Below are positions 1-8,958 of a stretch of DNA of 41,695 nucleotides, piece by piece (the first letter of the stretch is position 1; each line of letters begins with the position of its first letter). Source of the stretch: a virus; IMG/VR virus record IMGVR_UViG_3300045988_111105, positions 1 to 41,695 of that record. One strand, given 5' to 3'. The translations under genes were made by a program, and so were the position numbers. Below the pieces are notes generated by a model that ran no database searches, was not told the DNA's origin, and saw only the letters and a program-made list of their open reading frames with translations.

Positions 1-77
1 CCTTATTTTTATATAGAAGAAGCTAAAATATTCGAAGGTGATAAAAAAATTATTTATTCGAATGAAGGTAAAAAGCC
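1..77. repeat. 77-bp terminal direct repeat, identical to 41619..41695 (circular-closure overlap)
   Basis: Bases 1-77 (ccttatttttatatagaagaagc...aaaaagcc) recur exactly at 41619-41695. One ORF reads through the junction in frame. Confidence 0.9.
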
Positions 78-1629
78 ATGCCCTTGTATAATTAATGTAA
101 ATTTAGAGCAAGATGCTTGCTATTTGCAAGTAAGTGATAGTAATGGCAATGCTATTCTTCTTGGAACTTATCCAAGCCTTGTTAATAAAGTAGTTAATGA
201 AAAAGAAAACCAAGTAGATGAAGCATGTGAGACAAAGACTAATTTCTCAAATGGTTCTTTTGTAGATGCAAATAGAGTTGTTACTGGTGGAATAGATGCA
301 TGTGCTGTAAATGAAGGCGGATGGGCAATAGTAGCAAATGATTATGGAAGTGGAGATAAATGGCATGGGCCTTCCATAAGAAGAAATCTTATTCCAGATA
401 TAGTTGATTTTGAAGTACAAGGCTACTTCTATTTTGATTCAACAGGAAAATTAAAATACAACGAAACTGCAAGTACAAATACAACTACTACAGTTCAATA
501 CAAAGTAACGGCTTCAAAAGTATCTTTAAAGGAAAAAAGACTTTCTAGCAGTAAGACGATAAAAACTATAAAAAAGGGTGTCTATTTGACTGCTAGTGAG
601 GTTACTAATGGTTGGATAAAAACTACTTATAGTAATCAAACAGGCTGGATAAAGATTTCAACGGGATTGAAAAAAATTACTACAAAAACAAGTAATTATT
701 ATACAAATCACTCAGCATCATTAAGAAGTGGAGCGAGCAAAAAAACAAAATTGATAACTACAATTCCAAAAGGTACAGCAGTTGATTATTTAAACAGTAC
801 AAAGAATAAATACAGCAAAGTAAGTTACAACGGAAAGACAGGCTATGTTTATAGTGAATACCTTACAAAAGGTTCAGACACAACGATAGAAACAGATGAA
901 GAAATAGTTGTAGCTGAAAATCAATTAGGCTTGTTAGAAATGTACGGATGCGATGTGAATGGTGTAAAATTATTCAAGTTTATGCTATGTGATGATCAGA
1001 AATATTTTGAATCAAACTATCCAGTTATACAAATAGGGAATAAAACTGTATTAGAGGATAAAGACTTTAGTTTACCAGAAGTAAAATTTACAACAACTAC
1101 AGAAGGTGACAAGGATAAACTTACTATAAAAAAACACTATCTTAATATGGGACAATACGGAGATTGGAATGAATTCAAAGGTAATTTCAATGTAAAAAGA
1201 GAAGGCACAAAATGGAGCGTTGAAGTTGTTAAATATAATTCAGAAGATGAAATAGCTAAGACAATAAAAGTAGATGATATAAGGGATAGTGATTTTCCAG
1301 TAGGAAACTTAAACCATATAGATGTTTTTTTTGGGCAGTACGGAGAAGAAAAAACAGTTAATACAATGACACTTAATAGAATTATTGTAAATAAATTAAA
1401 CGATACAACTCAAGAAGATATAAACTTATGCATTTTTAAAGCTGGAGATGAAATAAGCATAGATACTTTAAATCAAAAGGTTTATAAAAATGGTGAGCTT
1501 TTTATGGATTATATAGATTATGGAAGCTATTTCTTTAACCTACAACAAGGTGAAAATACAATAACAATAAATTCAGACAGTCCAATATCTTCTAGTAGTG
1601 TAATATTTAATGAAAGGTTTAATAGATAA
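1..1629 (+). CDS. Distal tail protein (Dit, siphovirus tail family), 3' part of a gene that starts at 41238 and wraps across the window ends
   Basis: Position 1 is codon-aligned with the ATG at 41238 (381 nt = 127 codons upstream), so the full gene is 2010 nt (669 aa). It sits between the tape measure and Tal genes. There are two SH3b-like inserts (GWIKTTYSNQTGWIKIS, YSKVSYNGKTGYVYSEYL). The track start at 124 is a TTG inside the real ORF. Confidence 0.8.
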   Translation, partial: PYFYIEEAKIFEGDKKIIYSNEGKKPCPCIINVNLEQDACYLQVSDSNGNAILLGTYPSLVNKVVNEKENQVDEACETKTNFSNGSFVDANRVVTGGIDACAVNEGGWAIVANDYGSGDKWHGPSIRRNLIPDIVDFEVQGYFYFDSTGKLKYNETASTNTTTTVQYKVTASKVSLKEKRLSSSKTIKTIKKGVYLTASEVTNGWIKTTYSNQTGWIKISTGLKKITTKTSNYYTNHSASLRSGASKKTKLITTIPKGTAVDYLNSTKNKYSKVSYNGKTGYVYSEYLTKGSDTTIETDEEIVVAENQLGLLEMYGCDVNGVKLFKFMLCDDQKYFESNYPVIQIGNKTVLEDKDFSLPEVKFTTTTEGDKDKLTIKKHYLNMGQYGDWNEFKGNFNVKREGTKWSVEVVKYNSEDEIAKTIKVDDIRDSDFPVGNLNHIDVFFGQYGEEKTVNTMTLNRIIVNKLNDTTQEDINLCIFKAGDEISIDTLNQKVYKNGELFMDYIDYGSYFFNLQQGENTITINSDSPISSSSVIFNERFNR

Positions 1630-4600
1630 TGTATAGAGTAAACACGATTTATATTTTAAATAGAAGAAAAAAAATAATAGATGTTATACCTTCACAGGGG
1701 GATAGCTGCTTTTTTGATGATGAATATGAGTTGGACTTAGAAACTTTTATAGATACTTATACATTATCTGTAAAAGATGTAAAAAGGTATTCTGACAAGT
1801 TAATAGGACTTAACTATATAATTTTTAGGTTTAAAGGTAAAGATAGATTATTTCAAATATTTGAATCTGGAACAACTCATGAGAAAAAGAATATTATAAC
1901 TGACATTTACTGTGAAAATACAGGTATAACACTTATAAATGAGCCAACTCAACCGCAAGTAATAGTTGGTAATGTAAAACAATTTCTTGATTCCGTACTT
2001 ATTAATACAGAGTTTGAAGTTGAATATGTTGATAGTGAGTTGCTTAATACAGTGCTTACTATTGAAATTGAAACAAAAACAAACGTATTAAAAGCTATTC
2101 AAGATAATATAGCTAGTTTCAGCGCTGAGCTTGAATTTGCAGTCAAAAGACAAGGTAGTAAGTTAAAACAGATTATAAATGTATATAAGAAAAAAGGAAA
2201 AATAACGAATAAGATTTTTACATATAGCGATAATGTAAATAAAATAGGCCAAAGCAAAAAATGGTCAGATTTCTGCACAGCATTAATTCCTTATGGAAAA
2301 GATGATATAACTATACATTCTGTAGAATGGATAAAAGGAAAAGGTGATCTAGCTGATAAACCACTTAATCAGGACTTTATAGCTGATGAAGAAGCTTTTA
2401 AACTCTATAATAATAATGGTAGGCATATATTCGGCTACTTTGAAAGTGATGCTAATAATGCATCTGACTTGTTAAAAGAAGCATATGAGGAATTGCAAAA
2501 ACGTTCTAAACCTCAAGCAACTTATGAAATGGCTGTTTCTTATGATGATGAACTTGATATAGGCGATACTGTATCAATAAGAGATTTTGACTTTGGAGTA
2601 AAACCATTACTTTTAGAAGCTAGAGTTAACAAATTGAAATTATCTTTTTCTGATGAAACAAAATGTACAGCAGAATTTAGCAATTATAAAGAAGTTACAA
2701 GCAAAATAAAAAACCTATCTAACAAAGATGATTTATTAAAAGAAATAATTGAATTTCTTGGTGGTATTGGAATAGGTGATTTGACTGACGAGGATATTGC
2801 TAAGATAAGAGAGTATTTAGAAAAAATGGGAGTAGAAAAAGAAGAAATAGACAAGATATTTGATGAAATTCAAGATATTATAAATCCTAAGCCAAAACCT
2901 CCTGATGAAGGTGATGATGGCGACCCTATTTATGTAGCTGATTATAAAAATGGTGTATGGCTTGGTGATGATAGATTTTATCAAATAAAAAAATCTAATA
3001 CAGTTTCAACTACAGACCCAGCTAATGACGAATATGCAGACGCATTAGCACTATACGAAAAATATGACATAAGCAAATACCAAAATAAAGCAAATCTTAA
3101 TAATTTATCATCTACAGGAAATAAATATAAGTTATATCTTATAGTTGAATATTATGCTAGAAAATTTGGATTAGACCCCAACTTAGTATATGCAGTTATA
3201 ATGGGAGAATCTAGGGGTGACCCTTACAGTACTACTGGTAGTAATGGTGGCTACGGCCTTATGCAATGTGAAAGAAGTACGTACTTCAAAGAGTGGGGGA
3301 ATAAAGCTCAAACCATAAAATATATAGATGGCACAACTAAAACATTCCTTCCATCTTATTCCAACATGACTCCATACAAAGGAGGGAATGCTACTTTAAG
3401 TGGAATTACAGTCGATAGAAATATCTTAAATCAAATAAGATTCGGCTGTTGGGAATTGAGACAATGCATAGATTATGCACACGGAAACATATTTGCTGGA
3501 TTAGTAGCTAATAACATGGGACAAGGTTCACTTAACTGGATAGTATCAAAATATGTGTGCGATAAATACGGATATACATTTGTTGATTCTTACTATTTAA
3601 GTTCTCAATCGAATCAAACAAAATTGAAAGTTTATGAGGAATTAGATAGCCTAAAATTTGATTTTGCAGCTTACAGACAAACACTTAAAGACCAAAAAGG
3701 ATTAGGAACACCGAACAACGTAGAGCTATATCTATGTTGGTACAAAGTAGTAGATGGTCAATTACCTTACTACAAAGATGCACAAGGAAATAAGCTAGGA
3801 TATGGAGTAGGTGTATCTACTCCAAAAGGAACAGGCAAAGCAAGTTCAAGTGATACAAGACAAATAATAGTTGACACTGCAAAAGCTATAGTACAACAAC
3901 ACACCGACAAATTGGCTACGTATGACCAATCATACAGAACATGGAACTTCAAGAAACCAAATAAACGTAGTGGGACATTCTATGGCATTAAGAATCCGAT
4001 TTGCTATGACTGCAGTTCTATGGTTACTTGTTGCTATGGTGAAGCTGGACTAAAAAGTATATTTCATAGTGATTCATATTGTGCATATGGTACATTGGTT
4101 AAATATGCAACGGCTAAAGATGGGTATAAAATGTTTAAAATCACTAAAACATCTATAGAAAATATGAAAGCTGGAGATATTATAATGATGTGCAATAATG
4201 AATGTCCTACAACATTAACTAGAGCGAAAGCTATGGCAAAGAACTTTACACATCATACGTTAATTTACTGCGGTAAAGAAAACGGAACACATATGGTAGC
4301 TCATGCTAGAAAGTGGGATTATTGGCCAAAGGCTATAAGGTATATGCCAGTATACAATGATATCTATAAATATGGATTCTGTTTACGACCTTATGACCTT
4401 GTCGAAGCTGATAACAATAATGTGGAGGACACTCCTATTATCGACAAGACAGATATGAATGAAGTGTATATAAAAGCTGTTAGAAAAGCAAATGCATATG
4501 ATTTTTATGATGACAACAATAATTTGTCAAATAAAGTAGAGGGGCTATTTGAAGATGATGATAAAGTTTATCCAAGTTCAGCACCTTATACACTTATTCA

Positions 4601-5951
4601 CTTTGGATTGAATGATCTAACAGAAAAAGGTATAACAGGAATTAAAACTCTTACAAATATCTTAAAAACAAAATATAGAAATACACCGATTTTCATATTA
4701 AAGGAATTACATGTTGGAACTGCTTATGCAGATTATACAACTGTAAATACTTCTATAGATGCATTTAACACTGAAATTAAAACATTCTGTGACAATGAAG
4801 AAAATGTATTTTTATTAGATGTTTCTAGTAAATTAGAAACTTATACAAGTGTATTAAACTCAAATTACACCAATGACGGTTATTCTTTTAAGGATGATAC
4901 TAGCATTGGTGTTTTTTATGATGCAATAAAAGAAAAATTACTAGCTACCCCTATCGGCTATAAAAAGAAAGATGATAGTGGTAGCACTGGCGGTGGGAAC
5001 GATGACGATAGCAATGCATCGAAACGTGAAGGTAAAGTTATAGATATCGTATTAGAAAGCACAAAAACTTACACTTGGCCTAAAATGACAATAAAATCAC
5101 TTACATTTAAACTGCAAAGTGATGTAGATAAAAGTTTTTACGCTAGAATGATATTTACTACTGCAGATGAAATAAGTTACTCACAAAGTAAAATTTGCTA
5201 TCTTGAGGGCGTAGATTGTATTGCTGGGCAACTAGTACCAAAACCTAACACTGGATATAAAATCACAATAATGGCCAATGTAAATAGTTCAATAGATTAT
5301 AAATATTACGGCTCTGTGTCAGTAGACAAGGGCGAAGGATATGCAGACCCTTATACTTTTAAAGGTGGAGAAAAGGTAGCAGAAATAGCAAAAACATACC
5401 TTAATCAAACGGGACTTGAATACAGGGGACAATATTCTACAACAGCAGTAAAAACACCCGCATCATATTCGAATCCAGCTAAATATCTAGATAAATGGTA
5501 CGATTCGAGCAGAAAAAAGGCACAAATAGACTGTAGTACACTAACAAAATTTGCATATATGGGATTAGATTATGACCATTCCCCTTATGCTAACCACAAG
5601 ATGACAAGTCTAAAACGTAATACTGCTTATAGTTGGGCGTTTACATTCCCTCGTACTGCAGCAGAGCAAGCTGAATATTGTGTTAAGAACGGTTGGGTTT
5701 TACATGATGTAGATATAATAAATTTCAGCAATTTAGAGCCTGGAGACATTGTATTTTGGGATAGAGATAACAAAGAAAACGGTCGTTATATGAATTGCTC
5801 ACATGCAGCTATTGTTATTAAAAAAACAGAAGATGGTGGTTCGGTATATACAATAGAATCTACTCAATGTGAAAACGGTGTGAAGACAAGATTGATAACA
5901 GAAAACAAAACAGATAAGATACTATTCTGTGCTAGACCTAAGAAATTATAG
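1629..5951 (+). CDS. Tail-associated lysin / tail tip protein (Tal-like) with a lytic transglycosylase module and two NlpC/P60-type Cys-His peptidase modules
   Basis: The 1440-aa ORF overlaps the Dit stop (TAATG). SLT motif GESRGDPY...GGYGLMQ lies at about nt 3140-3550. Cys/His modules are CYDCSSMV...HHTLIY...HMVAHA (about 3940-4360) and QIDCSTLTKFAY...CSHAAIVI (about 5330-5948). A degenerate SGNH-like block (IHFGLNDL) lies near 4590. Confidence 0.75.
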   Translation: MYRVNTIYILNRRKKIIDVIPSQGDSCFFDDEYELDLETFIDTYTLSVKDVKRYSDKLIGLNYIIFRFKGKDRLFQIFESGTTHEKKNIITDIYCENTGITLINEPTQPQVIVGNVKQFLDSVLINTEFEVEYVDSELLNTVLTIEIETKTNVLKAIQDNIASFSAELEFAVKRQGSKLKQIINVYKKKGKITNKIFTYSDNVNKIGQSKKWSDFCTALIPYGKDDITIHSVEWIKGKGDLADKPLNQDFIADEEAFKLYNNNGRHIFGYFESDANNASDLLKEAYEELQKRSKPQATYEMAVSYDDELDIGDTVSIRDFDFGVKPLLLEARVNKLKLSFSDETKCTAEFSNYKEVTSKIKNLSNKDDLLKEIIEFLGGIGIGDLTDEDIAKIREYLEKMGVEKEEIDKIFDEIQDIINPKPKPPDEGDDGDPIYVADYKNGVWLGDDRFYQIKKSNTVSTTDPANDEYADALALYEKYDISKYQNKANLNNLSSTGNKYKLYLIVEYYARKFGLDPNLVYAVIMGESRGDPYSTTGSNGGYGLMQCERSTYFKEWGNKAQTIKYIDGTTKTFLPSYSNMTPYKGGNATLSGITVDRNILNQIRFGCWELRQCIDYAHGNIFAGLVANNMGQGSLNWIVSKYVCDKYGYTFVDSYYLSSQSNQTKLKVYEELDSLKFDFAAYRQTLKDQKGLGTPNNVELYLCWYKVVDGQLPYYKDAQGNKLGYGVGVSTPKGTGKASSSDTRQIIVDTAKAIVQQHTDKLATYDQSYRTWNFKKPNKRSGTFYGIKNPICYDCSSMVTCCYGEAGLKSIFHSDSYCAYGTLVKYATAKDGYKMFKITKTSIENMKAGDIIMMCNNECPTTLTRAKAMAKNFTHHTLIYCGKENGTHMVAHARKWDYWPKAIRYMPVYNDIYKYGFCLRPYDLVEADNNNVEDTPIIDKTDMNEVYIKAVRKANAYDFYDDNNNLSNKVEGLFEDDDKVYPSSAPYTLIHFGLNDLTEKGITGIKTLTNILKTKYRNTPIFILKELHVGTAYADYTTVNTSIDAFNTEIKTFCDNEENVFLLDVSSKLETYTSVLNSNYTNDGYSFKDDTSIGVFYDAIKEKLLATPIGYKKKDDSGSTGGGNDDDSNASKREGKVIDIVLESTKTYTWPKMTIKSLTFKLQSDVDKSFYARMIFTTADEISYSQSKICYLEGVDCIAGQLVPKPNTGYKITIMANVNSSIDYKYYGSVSVDKGEGYADPYTFKGGEKVAEIAKTYLNQTGLEYRGQYSTTAVKTPASYSNPAKYLDKWYDSSRKKAQIDCSTLTKFAYMGLDYDHSPYANHKMTSLKRNTAYSWAFTFPRTAAEQAEYCVKNGWVLHDVDIINFSNLEPGDIVFWDRDNKENGRYMNCSHAAIVIKKTEDGGSVYTIESTQCENGVKTRLITENKTDKILFCARPKKL

Positions 5952-5962
5952 GAGGGATTATT

Positions 5963-8917
5963 ATGAGCAATATAGAGACTATAACTAGAGAGCATGATAA
6001 TTTCTCCTCTAGTTATGATGAACTTGTTTCTTTACTTGAAAGAGTAATAACAAATAGAAAAATAACACAAGATGACAAATATGATTTAGAAAAGGCGCAT
6101 GCCACTTATTCGGAAAATTATAATGAAGTCAAAAGAATACTAGAAAATGAAAGACAGACTAATCTGAAAGAACAAATTAAAGCTGTAAGTGACAGTAAAT
6201 TAGATGCAGATATAAAAAGCATAGTAAATATTCTTACGAATAATGGAGAAAAAACGACTTTATATTTAGATGAAAATGGAGTTTTATATATAGATGGGGA
6301 AAAAATTCCAGAAATACGTCAGACAAAACTTATAGTAGATGAACAAAATGGGAAAATTGAATCTTTAGTTGCTGATGGATTTGTAGAAGATGCCGAAGGG
6401 AATAAAGTTAAATTAAAAGTTCTATATTCAACATTATCTCAAACTGTAAATGGGATAGAGTCAAATGTGGGTACTATAGAAGGGGTAGCCAATGACGCTA
6501 ATTCAAAAGCAGAGGCTGCTATTACAAAAGCATCCCAATTAAAACAAACAGTGGATGGTATTAAGTCCACTGTAACAAGCACTAGTACTGTAGTAGATGG
6601 CTCTATAAAAGAAACTTATAACGAATTCTATTTATCTGACAGTAATACTTCTGCAACTGGAGGCACTTGGGCTACAACTGCTCCTGCCCCACAAGCTGGT
6701 AAATATATATGGTTAAGAGATGTGTATGTAACAAACAAAGGCGATAAAACTTATGGCAACCCTGTATGTATTACTGGAGCTAAGGGAGATAAAGGTGAAC
6801 GAGGGCTTCAAGGATTACAAGGAGAGAGAGGAGAACAGGGGGTACCTGGTAAAGACGGAGATGGGAAAACATCTTATTTCCATATAAAATATTCTAGTGT
6901 AGCTAATCCTACTGCATCTTACCAAATGTCAGAAACACCTGATATTTATATAGGAACTTACGTAGACTTTGACCCTTCAGATAGCACCGACCCTAATAAA
7001 TATATTTGGTATAGATTCCAAGGCTTACAAGGTGAAAAGGGAGAACGAGGAATACCTGGAGTTGGGACAGATGGGAAAACAAGCTATCTACACATTAAAT
7101 ATTCTGATGACGGTGGCCGAACTTTTACATCCTATAACGGTGAAACTGTAGGTACTTATATCGGAACTTATACAGATTTTAATCCAAGTGATTCACATGA
7201 TGTAGGTAGTTATACTTGGGCTAAAATTAAGGGTGACCAAGGTAGTGAAGGCATTGGCGTAAAACAAGTGCAGATATTATACTATGTACACTATAGTAAA
7301 ACATCAGCTCCAAGTACTTCAGCTACAGGGTGGACAACAAATATCCCAGCTTATCAGACAGATAGATATTTATGGCAAGTTAATAAAATTACTTATACAG
7401 ATAATTCGATAGCTTTTACTACTCCTGTATATCTAAGTAGTTGGGAGGCTAATAATAAAGCAGAAACTGCAATATCTATAGCTAACCAAACAAGTGAAAA
7501 ATTTGAATGGATAGTGCAAAAAGGCTCTACAAGTTCAAGCATAACTTTGACTGATAGCTTAATACAAGCAATAGCATCTTCTAACATTCAATTGTCAGCT
7601 AAGAAAATATTAATCAACGGATTAATGGAGGGTTCTGGTTGGAAAATTACTGATGAAGGTGAATTAGATATTTTGGATCTAAATGTAAGAGGTAATTTTA
7701 CATGTGATTCTTTAAATGTAGATACTTTGATATCAGCAGATATTCCACCTGCACTTTCTGAAAATAAAACTATCTATGTATCAAGTGGAGAAACAATTTC
7801 ACAATATTTAGATGATTTACCGTTGAATCTTAATGGTTTTACAGTAGAAATTTATCTAACTTCAAATACAACAGAAAATCTTGAGTTGAGAAGACATGCA
7901 AATGGACTAGTCAATATATTTCTATGTGGTAACACAATAAAAGGAACTATACGAAGTATATATAATAATGCCAAATACAGTATTTATGGGGGTAATAGTA
8001 TCACAGACACTACGATGGGTTCTATAATGCCTTATACTAGTTATAATGTGGGAAGTTATTATTATACTACTATATTTTCTGATTGCCCTAACGTAAATCT
8101 ATATAACTTAAAAGTTTATGGCGACAGTGTAAATTCCAATTCTGTAGGAGTTGGAGCAACTCAAAAATCAAAAGTGTATATGGAAAATATATCATTTGTA
8201 GGTTGTAAATATAATTGTAGAACTTATTCGATGACTGAATTGTATTGTCAATCATCTTCTGGTCTTTCGACTGGAAATTCGTGGAATACTGGTACAGGAG
8301 CAAAAATTGTGTTATATCCAGGACAACAAGCAGGTGGAGGAAATAATACATTTACAAGTGGTAATGGACAAATAATTTCTACTGGAGTTACTTTTGCATC
8401 TTCAAAAGATAGCGGTTCAAATACAACTACTGTCAACCCAACAACAACTAGATTTGAAACATTTAAACCAAAATATGCAGACACTTATAGAAGTTCAAAA
8501 TACAATAACTGGGAAGGTAGAGGAAAATGTAGACAAGGTAATTGGGGATATGGTAATTGTAATGGTTATTGGTTCTATGGTAGCCAATTTGCAGAAGTTA
8601 AAGGCAAGAATATAACAAAAGTTGAAATAGATGTGGCTAGAAGTAGTGATATAGGTTCATCAGCATCAACTTCTCATACTTTTAGAGCACATACATATGG
8701 TAGCCGACCAAGTTCAACGCCTAGTTTTTATACTAGTTGCAACAAGTCTCTATCATTAGCATGGGGAGGAAAAGGAACAGTTACAATTACAGATTCGACT
8801 GTTCTAAGTGGAATAAAAAATGGAACAATAAAAGGATTTGGAATTCAGTCAACGTACGATAGTAGTCATTACTCAGCGCTAACTAATGGAACAATAAGAA
8901 TTTACTATACAGAATAG
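5963..8917 (+). CDS. Tail fibre protein with collagen-like Gly-X-Y tracts and duplicated modules
   Basis: RBS ggaggg precedes the start. GXY runs are GAKGDKGERGLQGLQGERGEQGVPGKDGDGKT (about 6776-6870) and GLQGEKGERGIPGVGTDGKT (about 7021-7080). Each is followed by the repeated module GKTSYxHIKYS...GTYxDFxPSDSxD...YxW. The gene lies in the tail module. Confidence 0.75.
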   Translation: MSNIETITREHDNFSSSYDELVSLLERVITNRKITQDDKYDLEKAHATYSENYNEVKRILENERQTNLKEQIKAVSDSKLDADIKSIVNILTNNGEKTTLYLDENGVLYIDGEKIPEIRQTKLIVDEQNGKIESLVADGFVEDAEGNKVKLKVLYSTLSQTVNGIESNVGTIEGVANDANSKAEAAITKASQLKQTVDGIKSTVTSTSTVVDGSIKETYNEFYLSDSNTSATGGTWATTAPAPQAGKYIWLRDVYVTNKGDKTYGNPVCITGAKGDKGERGLQGLQGERGEQGVPGKDGDGKTSYFHIKYSSVANPTASYQMSETPDIYIGTYVDFDPSDSTDPNKYIWYRFQGLQGEKGERGIPGVGTDGKTSYLHIKYSDDGGRTFTSYNGETVGTYIGTYTDFNPSDSHDVGSYTWAKIKGDQGSEGIGVKQVQILYYVHYSKTSAPSTSATGWTTNIPAYQTDRYLWQVNKITYTDNSIAFTTPVYLSSWEANNKAETAISIANQTSEKFEWIVQKGSTSSSITLTDSLIQAIASSNIQLSAKKILINGLMEGSGWKITDEGELDILDLNVRGNFTCDSLNVDTLISADIPPALSENKTIYVSSGETISQYLDDLPLNLNGFTVEIYLTSNTTENLELRRHANGLVNIFLCGNTIKGTIRSIYNNAKYSIYGGNSITDTTMGSIMPYTSYNVGSYYYTTIFSDCPNVNLYNLKVYGDSVNSNSVGVGATQKSKVYMENISFVGCKYNCRTYSMTELYCQSSSGLSTGNSWNTGTGAKIVLYPGQQAGGGNNTFTSGNGQIISTGVTFASSKDSGSNTTTVNPTTTRFETFKPKYADTYRSSKYNNWEGRGKCRQGNWGYGNCNGYWFYGSQFAEVKGKNITKVEIDVARSSDIGSSASTSHTFRAHTYGSRPSSTPSFYTSCNKSLSLAWGGKGTVTITDSTVLSGIKNGTIKGFGIQSTYDSSHYSALTNGTIRIYYTE

Positions 8918-8958
8918 TAAGTTGTATATCAGCATTAATGCTATTAAGGAGGTAATAA

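Noticed and set aside
3770-3952. Antisense or alternate-frame track ORFs nested inside larger genes. On the minus strand: 3770, 7393, 8088, 8248, 9480, 10779, 19690, 20733, 22230, 22668, 24348, 24633, 24848, 26836, 27706, 29385, 29771, 32222, 32637, 33696, 33838, 34223, 36106, 37333, 37711, 38372, 38539, 40289 and 40988. On the plus strand: 6969 and 8394.
   Set aside because: They lack RBSs and have low-complexity, Leu/Phe/Ile-rich compositions typical of the antisense strand of AT-rich coding DNA. They also overlap well-supported genes, so they are treated as spurious.
4480-4960. An active SGNH/GDSL esterase domain in the Tal protein.
   Set aside because: Only a block III-like GLND and a DGYS (instead of DxxH) are visible. 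No GDS block I serine was found, so at most this is a degenerate fold. It is mentioned but not called.
5963-8917. A diversity-generating retroelement, suggested by the repeated modules in the tail fibre.
   Set aside because: The window contains no reverse transcriptase ORF and no template repeat with adenine-specific mismatches. The repeats are in-frame protein module duplications.
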